A DNA stretch of 64,000 nucleotides. It comes from Lama guanicoe (lineage: Eukaryota). The stretch is taken from assembly GCA_013239625.1 (NCBI GenBank), contig MU056303.1, positions 9,108,049 through 9,172,048 on the forward strand. The letters are read 5' to 3'. Below are positions 1 to 10,419 of the stretch, piece after piece. The translations under genes were made by a program, and so were the position numbers. Positions within the stretch are counted from its first letter, which is position 1, and each line of letters opens with the position of its first letter. Below the pieces are notes generated by a model. The model searched no databases. It worked only from the letters and a program-made list of their open reading frames with translations, and was not told where the DNA came from.

Positions 1-99
1 TGCACCTAACTTATCGCTGAGGAGGAGAACTGAAAGGGACTCTAATCAGTGCTAAACTGGCTCGTCATCGCAAACCTAACCGTCCCCCCTCTAACTTTC

Positions 100-990
100 C
101 TCTATCTGCAGCCCGACATTTGGTGACCCGATGATTAACACACCAGCCTCCAAAGGGAGCAATCACCTCCGGGGCCCCAGGGGGAGTTGGTGACCCTGCG
201 CTTCCTCCAGCCCACGTGGTGTCCACCTGTTTCCTCTCTCTCAGCCACGCAGTTCTCAAGACACCACCTAAAGCTCAGAAGCAGAGAACAGTGCAACCCT
301 GAGCCCTGCAAGCGGAGCTGAGTTGAGTCAGCCATCCAGGGCCGAGCCGGAATCCTCCCGTTCCAGCTTTGAGAGCCAAACCGGAGACCACTGGGGCTCC
401 TCCGAGCCATCTGCAGACTGCATCTCACGTCCCAGCCAGGAAGTACAGCACGGGGCCAGGGCGGGGGGAAGAGGCATCTCACTCCCCCAGAAGAGAACTC
501 TAGAGGAAGTGAGAAAACCAAAATATGAGCATCCACGGAGCTTGTCACACCTGCATAACTTTCTCGGAGGCCAGCCTCAAGCTTACGGAGAAGCTGCCCA
601 CCTGGTAGGATTTTAGGGATACTGAAAAGGCCCTCCTGGAATGACAAAGACTGCCATCCCCACAAACCTGCTAGTGCCTAAAGCCCTAGGCTGCCAGCTC
701 TGCTCACAGGCTTACAGTCTTTGTTCCCATCTTGTCTGATCCTGTTGCACAAGCTGGGGTGAGCCCCGTGGAGCTACTGGCCAAGGCGGGGTGGCTGTCC
801 TGGGGGCTGGACCCGAGTCACGTGTGAAAAGGTCATTACCAGCAGAACAGGTCCCGGAGGGAGGGTCAAAGCGTGGCCGGGGAGTGCCCACCCCATCCTG
901 TGCCCTTGCACCAGGCCGTCCCTCCCACCAACTACGAGACCCGAAGACAAAGCATAAGAGGTTTCAGGCTCTCCAGTTTCACTCATCATG
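100..990. promoter_or_regulatory. Candidate enhancer/promoter-like unique region
   Basis: Repeat-free and retains CpGs. GATA (CTATCT 102-107), E-boxes CACGTG 213-218 and CACCTG 224-229, AP-1/NF-E2-like TGAGTCAGC 324-332, ETS CAGGAAGT 437-444 and GAGGAAGTG 503-511, USF GTCACGTG 817-824, NBRE AAAGGTCA 828-835. Confidence 0.45.
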
Positions 991-1169
991 ATTGTCGTAA
1001 ACTTTCTAGTTCTCTCCTTGCCTTTGCTGTTTTCTTCTGGCTGCTTTGTTTCAGTGCCTACTCAACTTTCAAGCCTTCTACTTTTCTCTGTCATTTCTGG
1101 TCCCTCCCTTGCTACCTTGGATGGGACACTGCTTCCGTGGTACCAGGGCAGGGAAAATACCACACGTAG

Positions 1170-1345
1170 ACTTTACAACCAGGCACGTAAGGCTGGAGTC
1201 CCAGCTCTGCCATTCATTAGCTGTATGTGCTTGACTAAGTTATCTTAAACTCTCTAATCCTCAGTTTCTTCATCTGTGAGATGAGGTCACTAACACAGGC
1301 CATATCAGGTTATTGAGAAGATCAAATAAAAGGAAGTATGTAAAT
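1170..1345 (+). mobile_element. MIR SINE
   Basis: MIR core: cccagctctgccattcattagctgtatgtg...cctcagtttcttcatctgtgagatgagg. Confidence 0.85.
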
Positions 1346-2000
1346 TTCAGAGGCTGGTAAGACCTCAGGAATGGTTGTGATCATCTTTTGGCTGCTCCCA
1401 GTACCAAGCACTTGAAGGAGCTGCCCCAGCACAAGTCAACCCAGCCCGTCCTCCGTTCTCAGCTGGGCTCATCCTGACACAGCTGAGGATGAGGAGACAA
1501 GGAGAGCAGTCAGGCAGTGCTGGGGAAGAGATAGATGCTGTCATCAGATCCAACGTGAGTACAGACACAGAAAGACGAGGAAAAGTCAGAAACCTGTGCC
1601 GGGGCAGGGTCCACAGCTTGGGCTGAGAATGAGGTGGGGGCGGAGGGAGGGGTTTGGTAGTGGTGCTGACTACATGGTTTTTCAGGGAGGTATAGGAGTA
1701 CAGAGTGAGGAGCTACACAGAACATGCTTAAAATAACACCCAGGGAGTGTAATAGTTTATGCTCCCCTCCGTTATGTATACCCCAGGCTGACGAGGTTTC
1801 CCTTCCTTTCCTGAGAGCAGAACTTTTGACAGAGAAGCAAGGATGATGGCACTGGACCCCGGGGGAGGGAAAGGAGAAAGGCATTGGGGAGCAGGAAAGG
1901 CTCAGAAAGGGGAGGATTGTACTGAAGAAACCTGCAGTTCTTTCCAAAGGAACAGGAAACTGAGAGCCTGACCGTTCATCTTGAGGCTGCAGCTGATGTC

Positions 2001-2205
2001 GTGGTTGGAAGTGAAGATGCTGGAACCAGCCTGTATCAGCTCAAATTCTGGTTCTCCTAGTTGTACAAATATGGGCAAAGGATGAATCCACTCTGAGCCT
2101 TGAGTTCTCCATCTGTAAGGTGGGAGACGGCAGTTCCTACCCCATTAGGCTGTCGCCAAGGTTAAATAGCTTAATACATGCAAAGTGCCTACTTGATAAT
2201 AAAGG
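2001..2205 (+). mobile_element. MIR SINE
   Basis: ctctgagccttgagttctccatctgtaaggtggg...ttaatacatgcaaagtgcct matches the MIR core and tail. Confidence 0.8.
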
Positions 2206-3029
2206 CTTTATTAATATAATAGACAATATATAAATTATTAATATCTACTTCCAACTCCTTCTGTAGTCTGAGAACTGATTTTGGGCTCTGCTCTGGGTTT
2301 CTCTCTCTCCAATAGATTAGACTCATCTCTCCAGTGGATGACCTGGTGTACACATCACTTCAGTATAAGCATTATCTGTTGCCTTAGGTAAGAGCTGTTG
2401 CCTCTACCAGCAACCTACTTTCACTCCATCAAGAGCCCCAACCTTGCAGGCAGGCTCCACAAATATTAATAACAACGGTGCCTTTAATAAGGGAACTTAA
2501 ATAAGACTCCAGGCAGCAAATTTTTCCCTGAAAACTGTTACATGCAGAGCACTGATGCTCAACCACTCAGCTGTAATTTCTTGATCTGTAAATGGGAGTG
2601 TTGGAGCAGACCAATGGTCCCTAACTTTTTCTGCTTAATGTGCACATTTGAAAAATCTGATAAAAGCTATCAACTCCCTTTGAGTCTCTAGAATGAACGC
2701 GAGCCCCAAAAGCCCTCGACTGAATGATTTCCGAAATAAATTTTCAGTTCTAAAACTATGTAAACCACACACTTGTAAAGCAGGTTAAGAAAATAAGATA
2801 ACAGAGAGAGAAATGACATTCATCTGATATGCATTGTTGTGTCTATGCAGACTGTTACAGCTCGATTCTGCACATGTCCCAAAGCCCTCTCACCTCAGTG
2901 CCACTGCTACCCTGGCCACTCTGGCCCTTCCCCTGGACCCTAAAGACTTCCTCATCATCTAGCAATTAAAGGCAAATACCTAGCACAAAAGGAGTGCCTT
3001 TGGAACACCGTGTTAAAGCTATGACCAGC

Positions 3030-3410
3030 AACCATTCTGATCAATTAGTGTCCACTGTGTTGAACATCATTCTGGGTACATAGTAAATCTTCAGTAATGG
3101 TCTAGACAAAAATGGCCTCGGAGATCAGAGGATGTCGGGAAAGTTTCAGAGAGAAATGACATTTGAGCTAGGACTTGAGATGGTTTAGGATATAGAGGGC
3201 GTCCCATTCCAGGAACAGGGATAGACTTAGAAGAGGCAAAGCATGAAGAGGGTTCAGTGGGCAGAAAGGGAATCAGTCTGGGTAAGCAGGCGACACTCAT
3301 CAGGAATGATAATAATGTCCACCAGCAGGTGGACATTAACCTGTGGAAGACCTTAAATGGCCAACCTAAGGGGTCTGGACTTGGCCCTAAATGGAGAAGC
3401 AGCCCTATCC
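3030..3410 (-). mobile_element. L2 LINE 3' fragment
   Basis: tgacatttgagctaggacttga...cattccaggaacaggg...gaccttaaatggccaacctaaggggtctggact is typical antisense L2 3' sequence. Confidence 0.7.
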
Positions 3411-3864
3411 TAAAGGGATAAAGAACTCGACTCTTAGCTAGGATACTCTCACCAACCTAACAAACTCCATTATTCTGAAACCTCTCAACCTCACAGAGCG
3501 AGATGATAAATTCAGACAATAAAAGAAAGTGTATCATAACGGCAGATGGTCATAAAGCCTACGGGGTTTGAGTTTTGTCCTGACTCTACCTCATCCAACA
3601 TCTCAGAGTCTCCAATGCCTTTTCCAACTCCAAAGTTATATGATATTAAGACAGAAAATTTGAGCTCCCATGTATTTATTTTCTCCAAAATTTTTAGATT
3701 TGGAGGTCAACAAGGGGAGTTTCTTTGAGTAGCATACAAATGATCATCTCATGACCCTCATTTGCTCTATTTTCCCTTAGTATCAGGATCAGTAAAAATC
3801 TCCTATTCAAGCAGCCAATTTATTCCATCCTTAGCTCTAGGCAGTTGATAAGAATGTATTGCTA

Positions 3865-3941
3865 TTGTGTTGTATGCCAGAAATTGACACAACGTTGTAA
3901 CCTGACCATACTTCAAAAAAAAAACATACAAACAAACAAAT
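3865..3941 (+). mobile_element. Ultra-short 5'-truncated young L1 3' end with TSD
   Basis: ccagaaattgacacaacgttgtaacctgaccatacttc plus A-rich tail; perfect 13-bp TSD gaatgtattgcta at 3852-3864 and 3942-3954. Confidence 0.9.
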
Positions 3942-5394
3942 GAATGTATTGCTAGTAAGGACATCTTCATGTCTAGGTCCTGGGCACAACTGATATGAAC
4001 TGGAAAAGAGTGAAACATATTACCGGATGGAGATGTGCCTTCCATGTTGTAGTATGGTCCTTATTTCCATTCAAATGGCTCCAAATTGGTAAGACAGAGG
4101 CAAAAGAGAGGTAGGGAAAGAGAGGCAGAGGGAGAAAGAAATGGGGGAGAAGGCCAAAAAGAGAACAAGAGAGAAAGAGAAGGAAAACAAATTAATAAAG
4201 TTAAAGTGCTGAATAAACATTTGCTGGCAGCTTAAGAGATAAACAAACGTTAGAGGCCTCATGTTCGTGAACTTGGGTTAAGTCAACACTTAGAGCGAGT
4301 CCCCATGAAGTTTGCTGCCCGGTGTCTGGACTGCGCAGTAGCACTCAGACTGAGAGGTAAGTGGATTGCCGCACAGCACACGTCTCAGAAATGGCCAACA
4401 GACCAGTTTGCAAAAGATCTCTAGCTGATGGGCTGCTGCCAAAACTCTCTCACAGCTCAGCATTACCGTCCACCTGCTTCCTTCAAAGCCCCACCCTGGC
4501 TAGAATGTCGGCTCACCAAGTCAACAGCAGGCTGGGGTCCTGGGGGCCACTGGAGCTCAGTCAAGGCGGCAGGACCAGGAAGTACCGGAGGCTGAGAGCA
4601 AGTCAAATTGTAGCTCAAAGAAGAAAGCACAGAAACATGAGAACCTGAAATTAGCCTCTGTGGATCCAGATATGGGAGATAACTCCAAGAGCTAAGAGGC
4701 AAAGAGAGTCAGTAACAGAAGGAGAAGCGAGAACAAAAGAGAAGTGAGCACGACCCAAAGCCTTCACCGGAGCTGTGACGCCCAAAACGGACTTCAATTC
4801 CATTTCAGCTATGAGATAGGGGATGGGAAGTGTGGCCTGGTTTAAACTCACAGGACTAGGCACCTATTAAGCAGATTAACCTCTTCCTCCCTTGCTAGGA
4901 ATGTCAACACACTCACAACTATTTGTCCACGTACACACACACATGCACAGTCTGAACCTTGGCACCTCTGTTTTAAGATTGTCAGCTCCTCTACAAGTAG
5001 GGAAAAAAAATATTTCCTAGGTCTTGATTAAATACTAATCCATTTGGGGAATTCAGAATAGTCTCTTTTCTCTAGCCCTTGGGGGTTTTTTGACTCTCAA
5101 ACTACGGCTAATGGGAGCTGAACTTCTGGTGGTTTGGAGGATAAAGTGAGAGAATGCATTGTGAAAGGACTTCGGAAGGCGTATGTGTTGGATCAATGGA
5201 AGAGATCATACTATTAAAACAGCTTTGGGGCTTCTTACTTTTCAGTTCTTTCTTTGGGAGCCAGGCTAATCCCAAGACCTAAGCCAATGACAACCCATTT
5301 ATGATTATAGTCAAAACATGACTTTCGATTCCTAAATCAGCTCGCCCTGACTCGCTTTCGGTTCTTCTCCCAGTTTCACTGAGGAGTTTCATCC

Positions 5395-5583
5395 TAGAGT
5401 TGGCAGGAAAAAATACAGGCATCCAGTTGAATCTGAATTTAAGATAAACACCAAATAATTTTCTTTAGTTTATGTATGTTAATCACACATAGGACATACT
5501 TATACTGAAGGTTTATCCTTGGTTACTTTAAATTCAAATTTAAATGTGCCCTGTATTTTTATTTGCCAAATCTGGCAACCCTA
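5395..5583. mobile_element. MER53 (hAT-type palindromic MITE)
   Basis: Terminal inverted repeats tagagttggcag / ctggcaacccta; internal palindromic arms aatacagg...gaattt / aaattc...cctgtatt. Confidence 0.85.
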
Positions 5584-5995
5584 TTTTATTCACACATTGA
5601 CCTCTTGTCTCCTCCTAAACCCCAAAATTGTTGATGTAGTAATAGCCTTGGCCAACCTTACAGCAGAAAGGGAGCTATCAGCTGACAATTTTATTCTTCT
5701 TGAAAACATAGAGCGTCTTTTTATTCTCAGCTAAATCAGCTCGCCCTGGCTTGCTTCAAGGGAAGCAAGTTTCTCATTTTTCTCAGAATGGGATTTTTGC
5801 CTGTCTGTGTGATCTTCTCCCTCAAAGATCACAAACTGATGACTTATGGGCTAAACACAAACCTAGATGTTTTTTGTTTGCTTGCAGTATATCTTTTTAA
5901 ATTCTCTATTATGTGTCAATATTCAACAAATGAGCAAAATGATGTTCAACTGCTACCCAAGAAAAAGTAACAAAGACTAGATTTAACATCCTGCC

Positions 5996-6123
5996 NNNNN
6001 NNNNNNNNNNNNNNNNNNNNNNNNNNNNNNNNNNNNNNNNNNNNNNNNNNNNNNNNNNNNNNNNNNNNNNNNNNNNNNNNNNNNNNNNNNNNNNNNNNNN
6101 NNNNNNNNNNNNNNNNNNNNNNN
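5996..6123. other. Assembly gap (128 N)
   Basis: Run of N. Confidence 1.
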
Positions 6124-6420
6124 GGACATCAGGAAATAAGGGACAGTGATCCCTGAAAGATGGGGTGGAAATGAGGTAACCTTAACCATTGCCCCAGTAT
6201 ATTGCTTCAAGAGAGTTTCCAGGCCATGGCACGGGGAGAGGGGAGCCCAGGTAGAGCCCAAATGACTCCCTGAATTTAGGAGGCTGAGCTGACTAAGATG
6301 GGTATAATCCACAGGACAACATCAGAAAGGAGAGAACTGCGCAGGGAAAGAACCTCAGACATCTGCGGAGGGTCCTCACTGAGTACTCAACAGAACACTG
6401 ATCAGCACGTGCTTGTGAAA
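6124..6420 (+). mobile_element. L1MC-type 5' region fragment
   Basis: ggacagtgatccctgaaagatgg...gagagtttccaggcc...atctgcggagggtcc...actgatcagcac resembles the old L1MC 5' end. Confidence 0.7.
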
Positions 6421-6687
6421 AGACTAGTAGGTTTAATTGTTCCCAGCATAAGGAGGGGCCCTTAAACTTAAACCATCATAACCTGGTGTTAGCCATATAA
6501 ACCCATCCCATGCCTGAGGGAGGTTATACTCTTTGACTGAAATTGCTTATTGCTCTGTTTGAGCTTAAGTAGTTTAAAAAGAAAATTCGTATTTATGGCT
6601 ATGGTCAGAGCAGGCATGATTGACTGGCCCAGTGAGGGAGTCCTGTCTAGTAATATCAATAGGGGCCCCAAAACAGCTATAAATTGT

Positions 6688-6930
6688 TTCTTCTAGAATG
6701 AATTTCCTAAGGGCCATCCAGTTGGAGCCTTGGAAAGAAGAAATCCCCAAAGGTAACCCAGAAGTATTGGCTATAGGTAATTGACCATAAACCCAACCAC
6801 TGAATTAATTTTAAAACTCTGCATAAGATTGTGTTTATGATAGAAAAAACATTTGATTCACATGAAAAATTCTGAGAAATTAAGAAAAGACTATAAATTT
6901 CTGTACAGGTCAACTCTGACATCTTGGGGT
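6688..6930 (-). pseudogene. Degenerate ERV env signal/SU N-terminus
   Basis: NVFLS*TQSYAEF*N*FSGWVYGQLPIANTSGLPLGISSFQGSNWMALRKFILEE: decayed CWxC motif (GWVY) followed by the GLP...QG.DW pattern of class I Env; several stop codons. Confidence 0.65.
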
Positions 6931-7038
6931 AGCTGTTTGCTTTTGATGCTGTCTTCTTCTTCTCCTGAGACGGAAGTTGTTTTCTCCTTTGTTTGAGTGT
7001 CATTTTCGGGTGATTTTGAAGTTAGCAGTCTTCTCTAT

Positions 7039-7217
7039 AGACCAGTCTGGTGTAGGGGCCTTTTCTAAGTGGGAAATAAAAATCCAAGAGTCAGTTCCCT
7101 TCAGTTTCACTGTGCATGAGCTGGTGAAGAGTGTATGATAAAGGTCCTTCCCTCTAGGCTGGAGATTTAGTTCTTTAAATGATGTCTTTCCCAGTATGCA
7201 TAATCTCCCAGTTGCAG
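7039..7217 (-). pseudogene. Degenerate ERV integrase C-terminal (GPY/F) domain
   Basis: LQLGDYAYWERHHLKN / frameshift / LQPRGKDLYHTLFTSSCTVKLKGTDSWIFISHLEKAPTPDWS aligns to the gamma-type motif LQPGD.VYWK...L.PRWKGPY.VLLT..A.KL.G...WIH.SHLK.A. Confidence 0.85.
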
Positions 7218-8144
7218 AGTCACGGGGCATCTGATTTTCATGCAAAGATAGATTACTGTGATAAGTGTCAGAAATAAGTTTAGAGTCTCCTTTTCATAAC
7301 TGAATTAAAATTTACAATAATGTAACATAGCAACAAGGAGCGATCTGGGAAGTGAGTCTTAAGCAGTAAATATCAAGTCTCAAAGATAATTAATTATACT
7401 AGAACTTAATGTCCATCAAAACATAATTTTTCTCTCTAAAATTGCCCTCATTTCTATCAAATATAGTCAAATTAGGACTAAATTTTTTGAAGGATCAGTC
7501 TGGTTTCAATAAACTTGGCCTGATTACTTATGTAAGTGTAATAACAGGATTTTTTTTTAAATTTGCTTGGCTGGAAATTTTCATAAGGAATCTCAGATTA
7601 AACTTTTAAAAACACTCTCAAGGCCAGGAAAGCCACACCAAGAGCTTGCCACAGATTCCACCTGTGAGAGCTACAGATTTGGGTGAATTTTTCTCTTCTC
7701 AAGGTCCCCGAAGTATCTTGCGAATTCTGCACTTGTGAGGAGATTACTTTCCTTAATCACCTGATAAGACTTCTGGTAACCTAAGAGCTTCCAATTTCTA
7801 TGGAATCAGGTAGAGAGAAAAGATAAACGTTTAAATGTTTCCATCCTGCTTACAAAGGTATAATTTACCAAAATGCTGTAAGTCATAATTAGCTTAAGTG
7901 GAGAGGTTTTATATCTAGAGAACATAAATTAAAAGCTAATAATACATAAGACAAAAAAACATAAAAATTGTAACTATATTTACCAGTTTGCTCAGTCCTA
8001 TGTAACTAATCCTTCCTGTTAACAGTTTTAGAAGTCATCAGGTTTTCCACTAGGATTCCTTAATGTCTTACCCAGTTCAGCAGTGTGATTTGAAATTTAT
8101 CTGAACTTGTCAAAAAAGTCCCTTCTCTCAATCTTATAATATCC

Positions 8145-8862
8145 AAAAATATCAATGTTTTCCAGGGTTCAGAGGGAAGAAGAGAAGGTTGCGTGGTGAT
8201 GCACAGGGGACTGTTTTTTTTTAGAGTGGTGAAATTATTCTGTATGATATTTTACTGGTGAATACATGACACCATGCATTTGTCAAAACCCATAAAACAT
8301 TAATGCATGCAAGTTTAAAAAATCATTTAGGAGTTTAGGGGGCCACCAGAGTGTAATCTGACAAAACAATCTAACTGTATTACAAACATGTGACACAATC
8401 ACATTGAAGGGGGTGGGGGAAAAGATGCTGACATTATAGACTTTGGAAATGGAGTCTAAAATCAAATGTAAAACTGTGCATAAGCTCTGTACCCTAGCTG
8501 ATGAAGTTGTTTCTCATGGTGGGGGTCAATTAACCATTTTGATACCACTGTAAATGTATGCTAGAATTGAACAATTACATTAATGGAAAGCAGATGGTGG
8601 GAGCCAGGTTCCCACTGTTGAAGTGGGAGGTTGCAGATAATCAAGGAGAGGTAGCTAGAATGATTCACTCGGAAACAGATTAGGGTTGGAGACATCAGTG
8701 TGAACTTACGTTTAGCTTAATATAGATACAAATGGTTATGTACAAAAGTATCCATAGATATGTGTATGGGATAGGTTAGAACAGACATATTTATTTTCTT
8801 GCTTTGTCAGCTGGCAAGTCTTAGAAGCAGCAACGCTTTGGTAGCAACATCTGCACCCAGAC
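8145..8862 (+). mobile_element. L1MC3-like 3' UTR
   Basis: gaaattattctgtatgata...catttgtcaaaacccata...aatctaactgtattacaaa...gatggtgggagccaggtt...ttggagacatcagt. Confidence 0.85.
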
Positions 8863-9599
8863 CCTTTCTTTTGATGACCCCCTTCCTACCTCCCTCTGGC
8901 CCTCCATTTCTCTCTCCACGTGTACCTTTGGTATAATCCATTTTAATTTCTTCTTGTTTTGGGATTAAAAAAAAATGAGGTCCCCAAAAGATTCATTTTC
9001 TAAAATCATATAGACAATTAATAGTAGGGTCACCTCTAGGATCCTTGTGGAACACTGATTTTCATTTACAGAATGATTCCCAAACTATGGTTATTGCATT
9101 TTTTTAAACAGGAGAGTTCGCCCCCCTAAACATTCCCCATCACCCTTCTTAGGGCTCAGAAGCAACGCTGGAGATTAATTTGCTCTAGTTCCTCTCTGCA
9201 TTCATTTTAACAAAAACTGATCACAAGACATTCTTTGACAGGTGTTGCATTTTCTTATGAGTATAAAGGAAGAACTGAATGGATTAGAGTTTGTTAACAT
9301 TAAACTCTTTAAAATGAGTAAACAGAGGACGTTTCAACTTGGCCCAAAATCAAAGAAACTGATTGACTGATGCTCTTATCTACTGGTTTTTTTTTTTTAA
9401 GTTTCATTATATAACAAGGGGAAAATCTTCTCAAATTTTCCTGGCCCTCACCCTTCCTGCTTCTCTTTGCTTTCTTTATAGTTAAGTGAAGACACAAAAA
9501 AAAATTGGCTCTTAAAATTGTCTTTAGAAAATGTGCCTGCTTGTGAAGTTGGTGATGCACTTTGTTTCCTGCTTTCTCTAGAGCTTCCCGGGCATTAAA

Positions 9600-9700
9600 A
9601 CTCAAATTTCATGCAAATGGGCGCTGTCTTAATCATTCCCTTTTGTTTTGCTTGATTGAAAGTAATTGCAATAATTCACAATGGTCCATAAATCACCTTT
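9600..9700. promoter_or_regulatory. Candidate developmental enhancer core (Oct/Sox/Pbx-Hox)
   Basis: ATGCAAAT 9611-9618, TTGATTGA 9652-9659, ACAATGG 9678-9684, CCATAAATCA 9686-9695 (reverse complement TGATTTATGG). Confidence 0.5.
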
Positions 9701-9759
9701 TTCCAGTGGCGTCACCATCCTCTCTCCTCCACATGTGCATAGTGTAACCTGAGAATAAT

Positions 9760-10060
9760 GTTTTTTCCCAAGGTCTTGCATCAGCTGGGGCCCTCTTTAA
9801 CCCCATCTTATTCGCCACTCATATCCAGCACACCCTCCAGTTCATTCAAGCTAAAATCTTTCTCACTCTGTCTCCCACGCCCACCCCAACTCACTCATAC
9901 ACACACACACAAACACACACACACACACACAGGTACACATACCCACACCTCTGTACCTTGTTCACAGTTGTATTTCCAACCTAGATGCTTCCAATACTCT
10001 GTGTATGAAATTCTACCCATCCTCCAGGCCTTGCAAATGTTTCATCTTTCCCCAAAACAC
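9760..10060 (+). mobile_element. L2 3' fragment containing a (CA)n microsatellite (~9895-9945)
   Basis: cacacctctgtaccttgttcacagttg...aaattctacccatcctccaggcc; CA run. Confidence 0.55.
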
Positions 10061-10419
10061 TCCATAATTTGGCTGGTACTGTCTGGTAGGCACTGTTAAA
10101 GAGAAAGATGAGTTCTACATAACCTCCATCCCCAAAGAGCTAGTAATTTTCATTGATCCCATCTCAGAATACCGGACGTTTCCTCTCACTCCAAGTAACT
10201 GATTATTCAGAGTAAGTCTTGTTATTCTCCACCTCAGCAATAGAGTGTTAGAACATATATTACATATTACACTTCGGTATCTTTGTCTCCCTACCCCAAT
10301 TTGGGGGAGGGGTGGGTGACCGGGGAAGGAAGATGGGAAGACAAGAGCCCAGGTAACAAACTCAACAGCCTTCAATTCTACGCCTAAACCTAATCAAATA
10401 ATGGGGACTCTAGGTCTCC

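Larger units (their letters stand above)
6425..8140 (-). mobile_element. Class I ERV (MER4/HEPSI-like group) internal fragment, no LTRs visible
   Basis: AT-rich MER4-int-like block (aataaacttggcctgatta...ataaggaatctcagatta) followed, in minus-strand reading order, by integrase C-terminus and env N-terminus remnants. Confidence 0.8.

Noticed and set aside
503-516. ETS-IRF composite element
   Set aside because: Spacing is GGAA-N4-GAAA rather than the GGAA-N2-GAAA of an EICE; only the ETS site was kept
135-665. 176-aa minus-strand ORF
   Set aside because: No recognisable domain, no clear ATG context or splice structure; expected by chance in GC-rich DNA
1350-1960. Purine-rich stretch that might be an old LTR (similarly 4330-4860 and 61570-61880 as possible old transposons)
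   Set aside because: I could not match termini or diagnostic motifs to a family; left unannotated pending a Dfam search
3351-3360. CArG box CCTTAAATGG
   Set aside because: Single motif inside an L2 remnant with no supporting context
6688-6930. Possible domesticated env (syncytin-like) gene
   Set aside because: Multiple stops and a frameshift, decayed CWxC motif and no TM subunit in view
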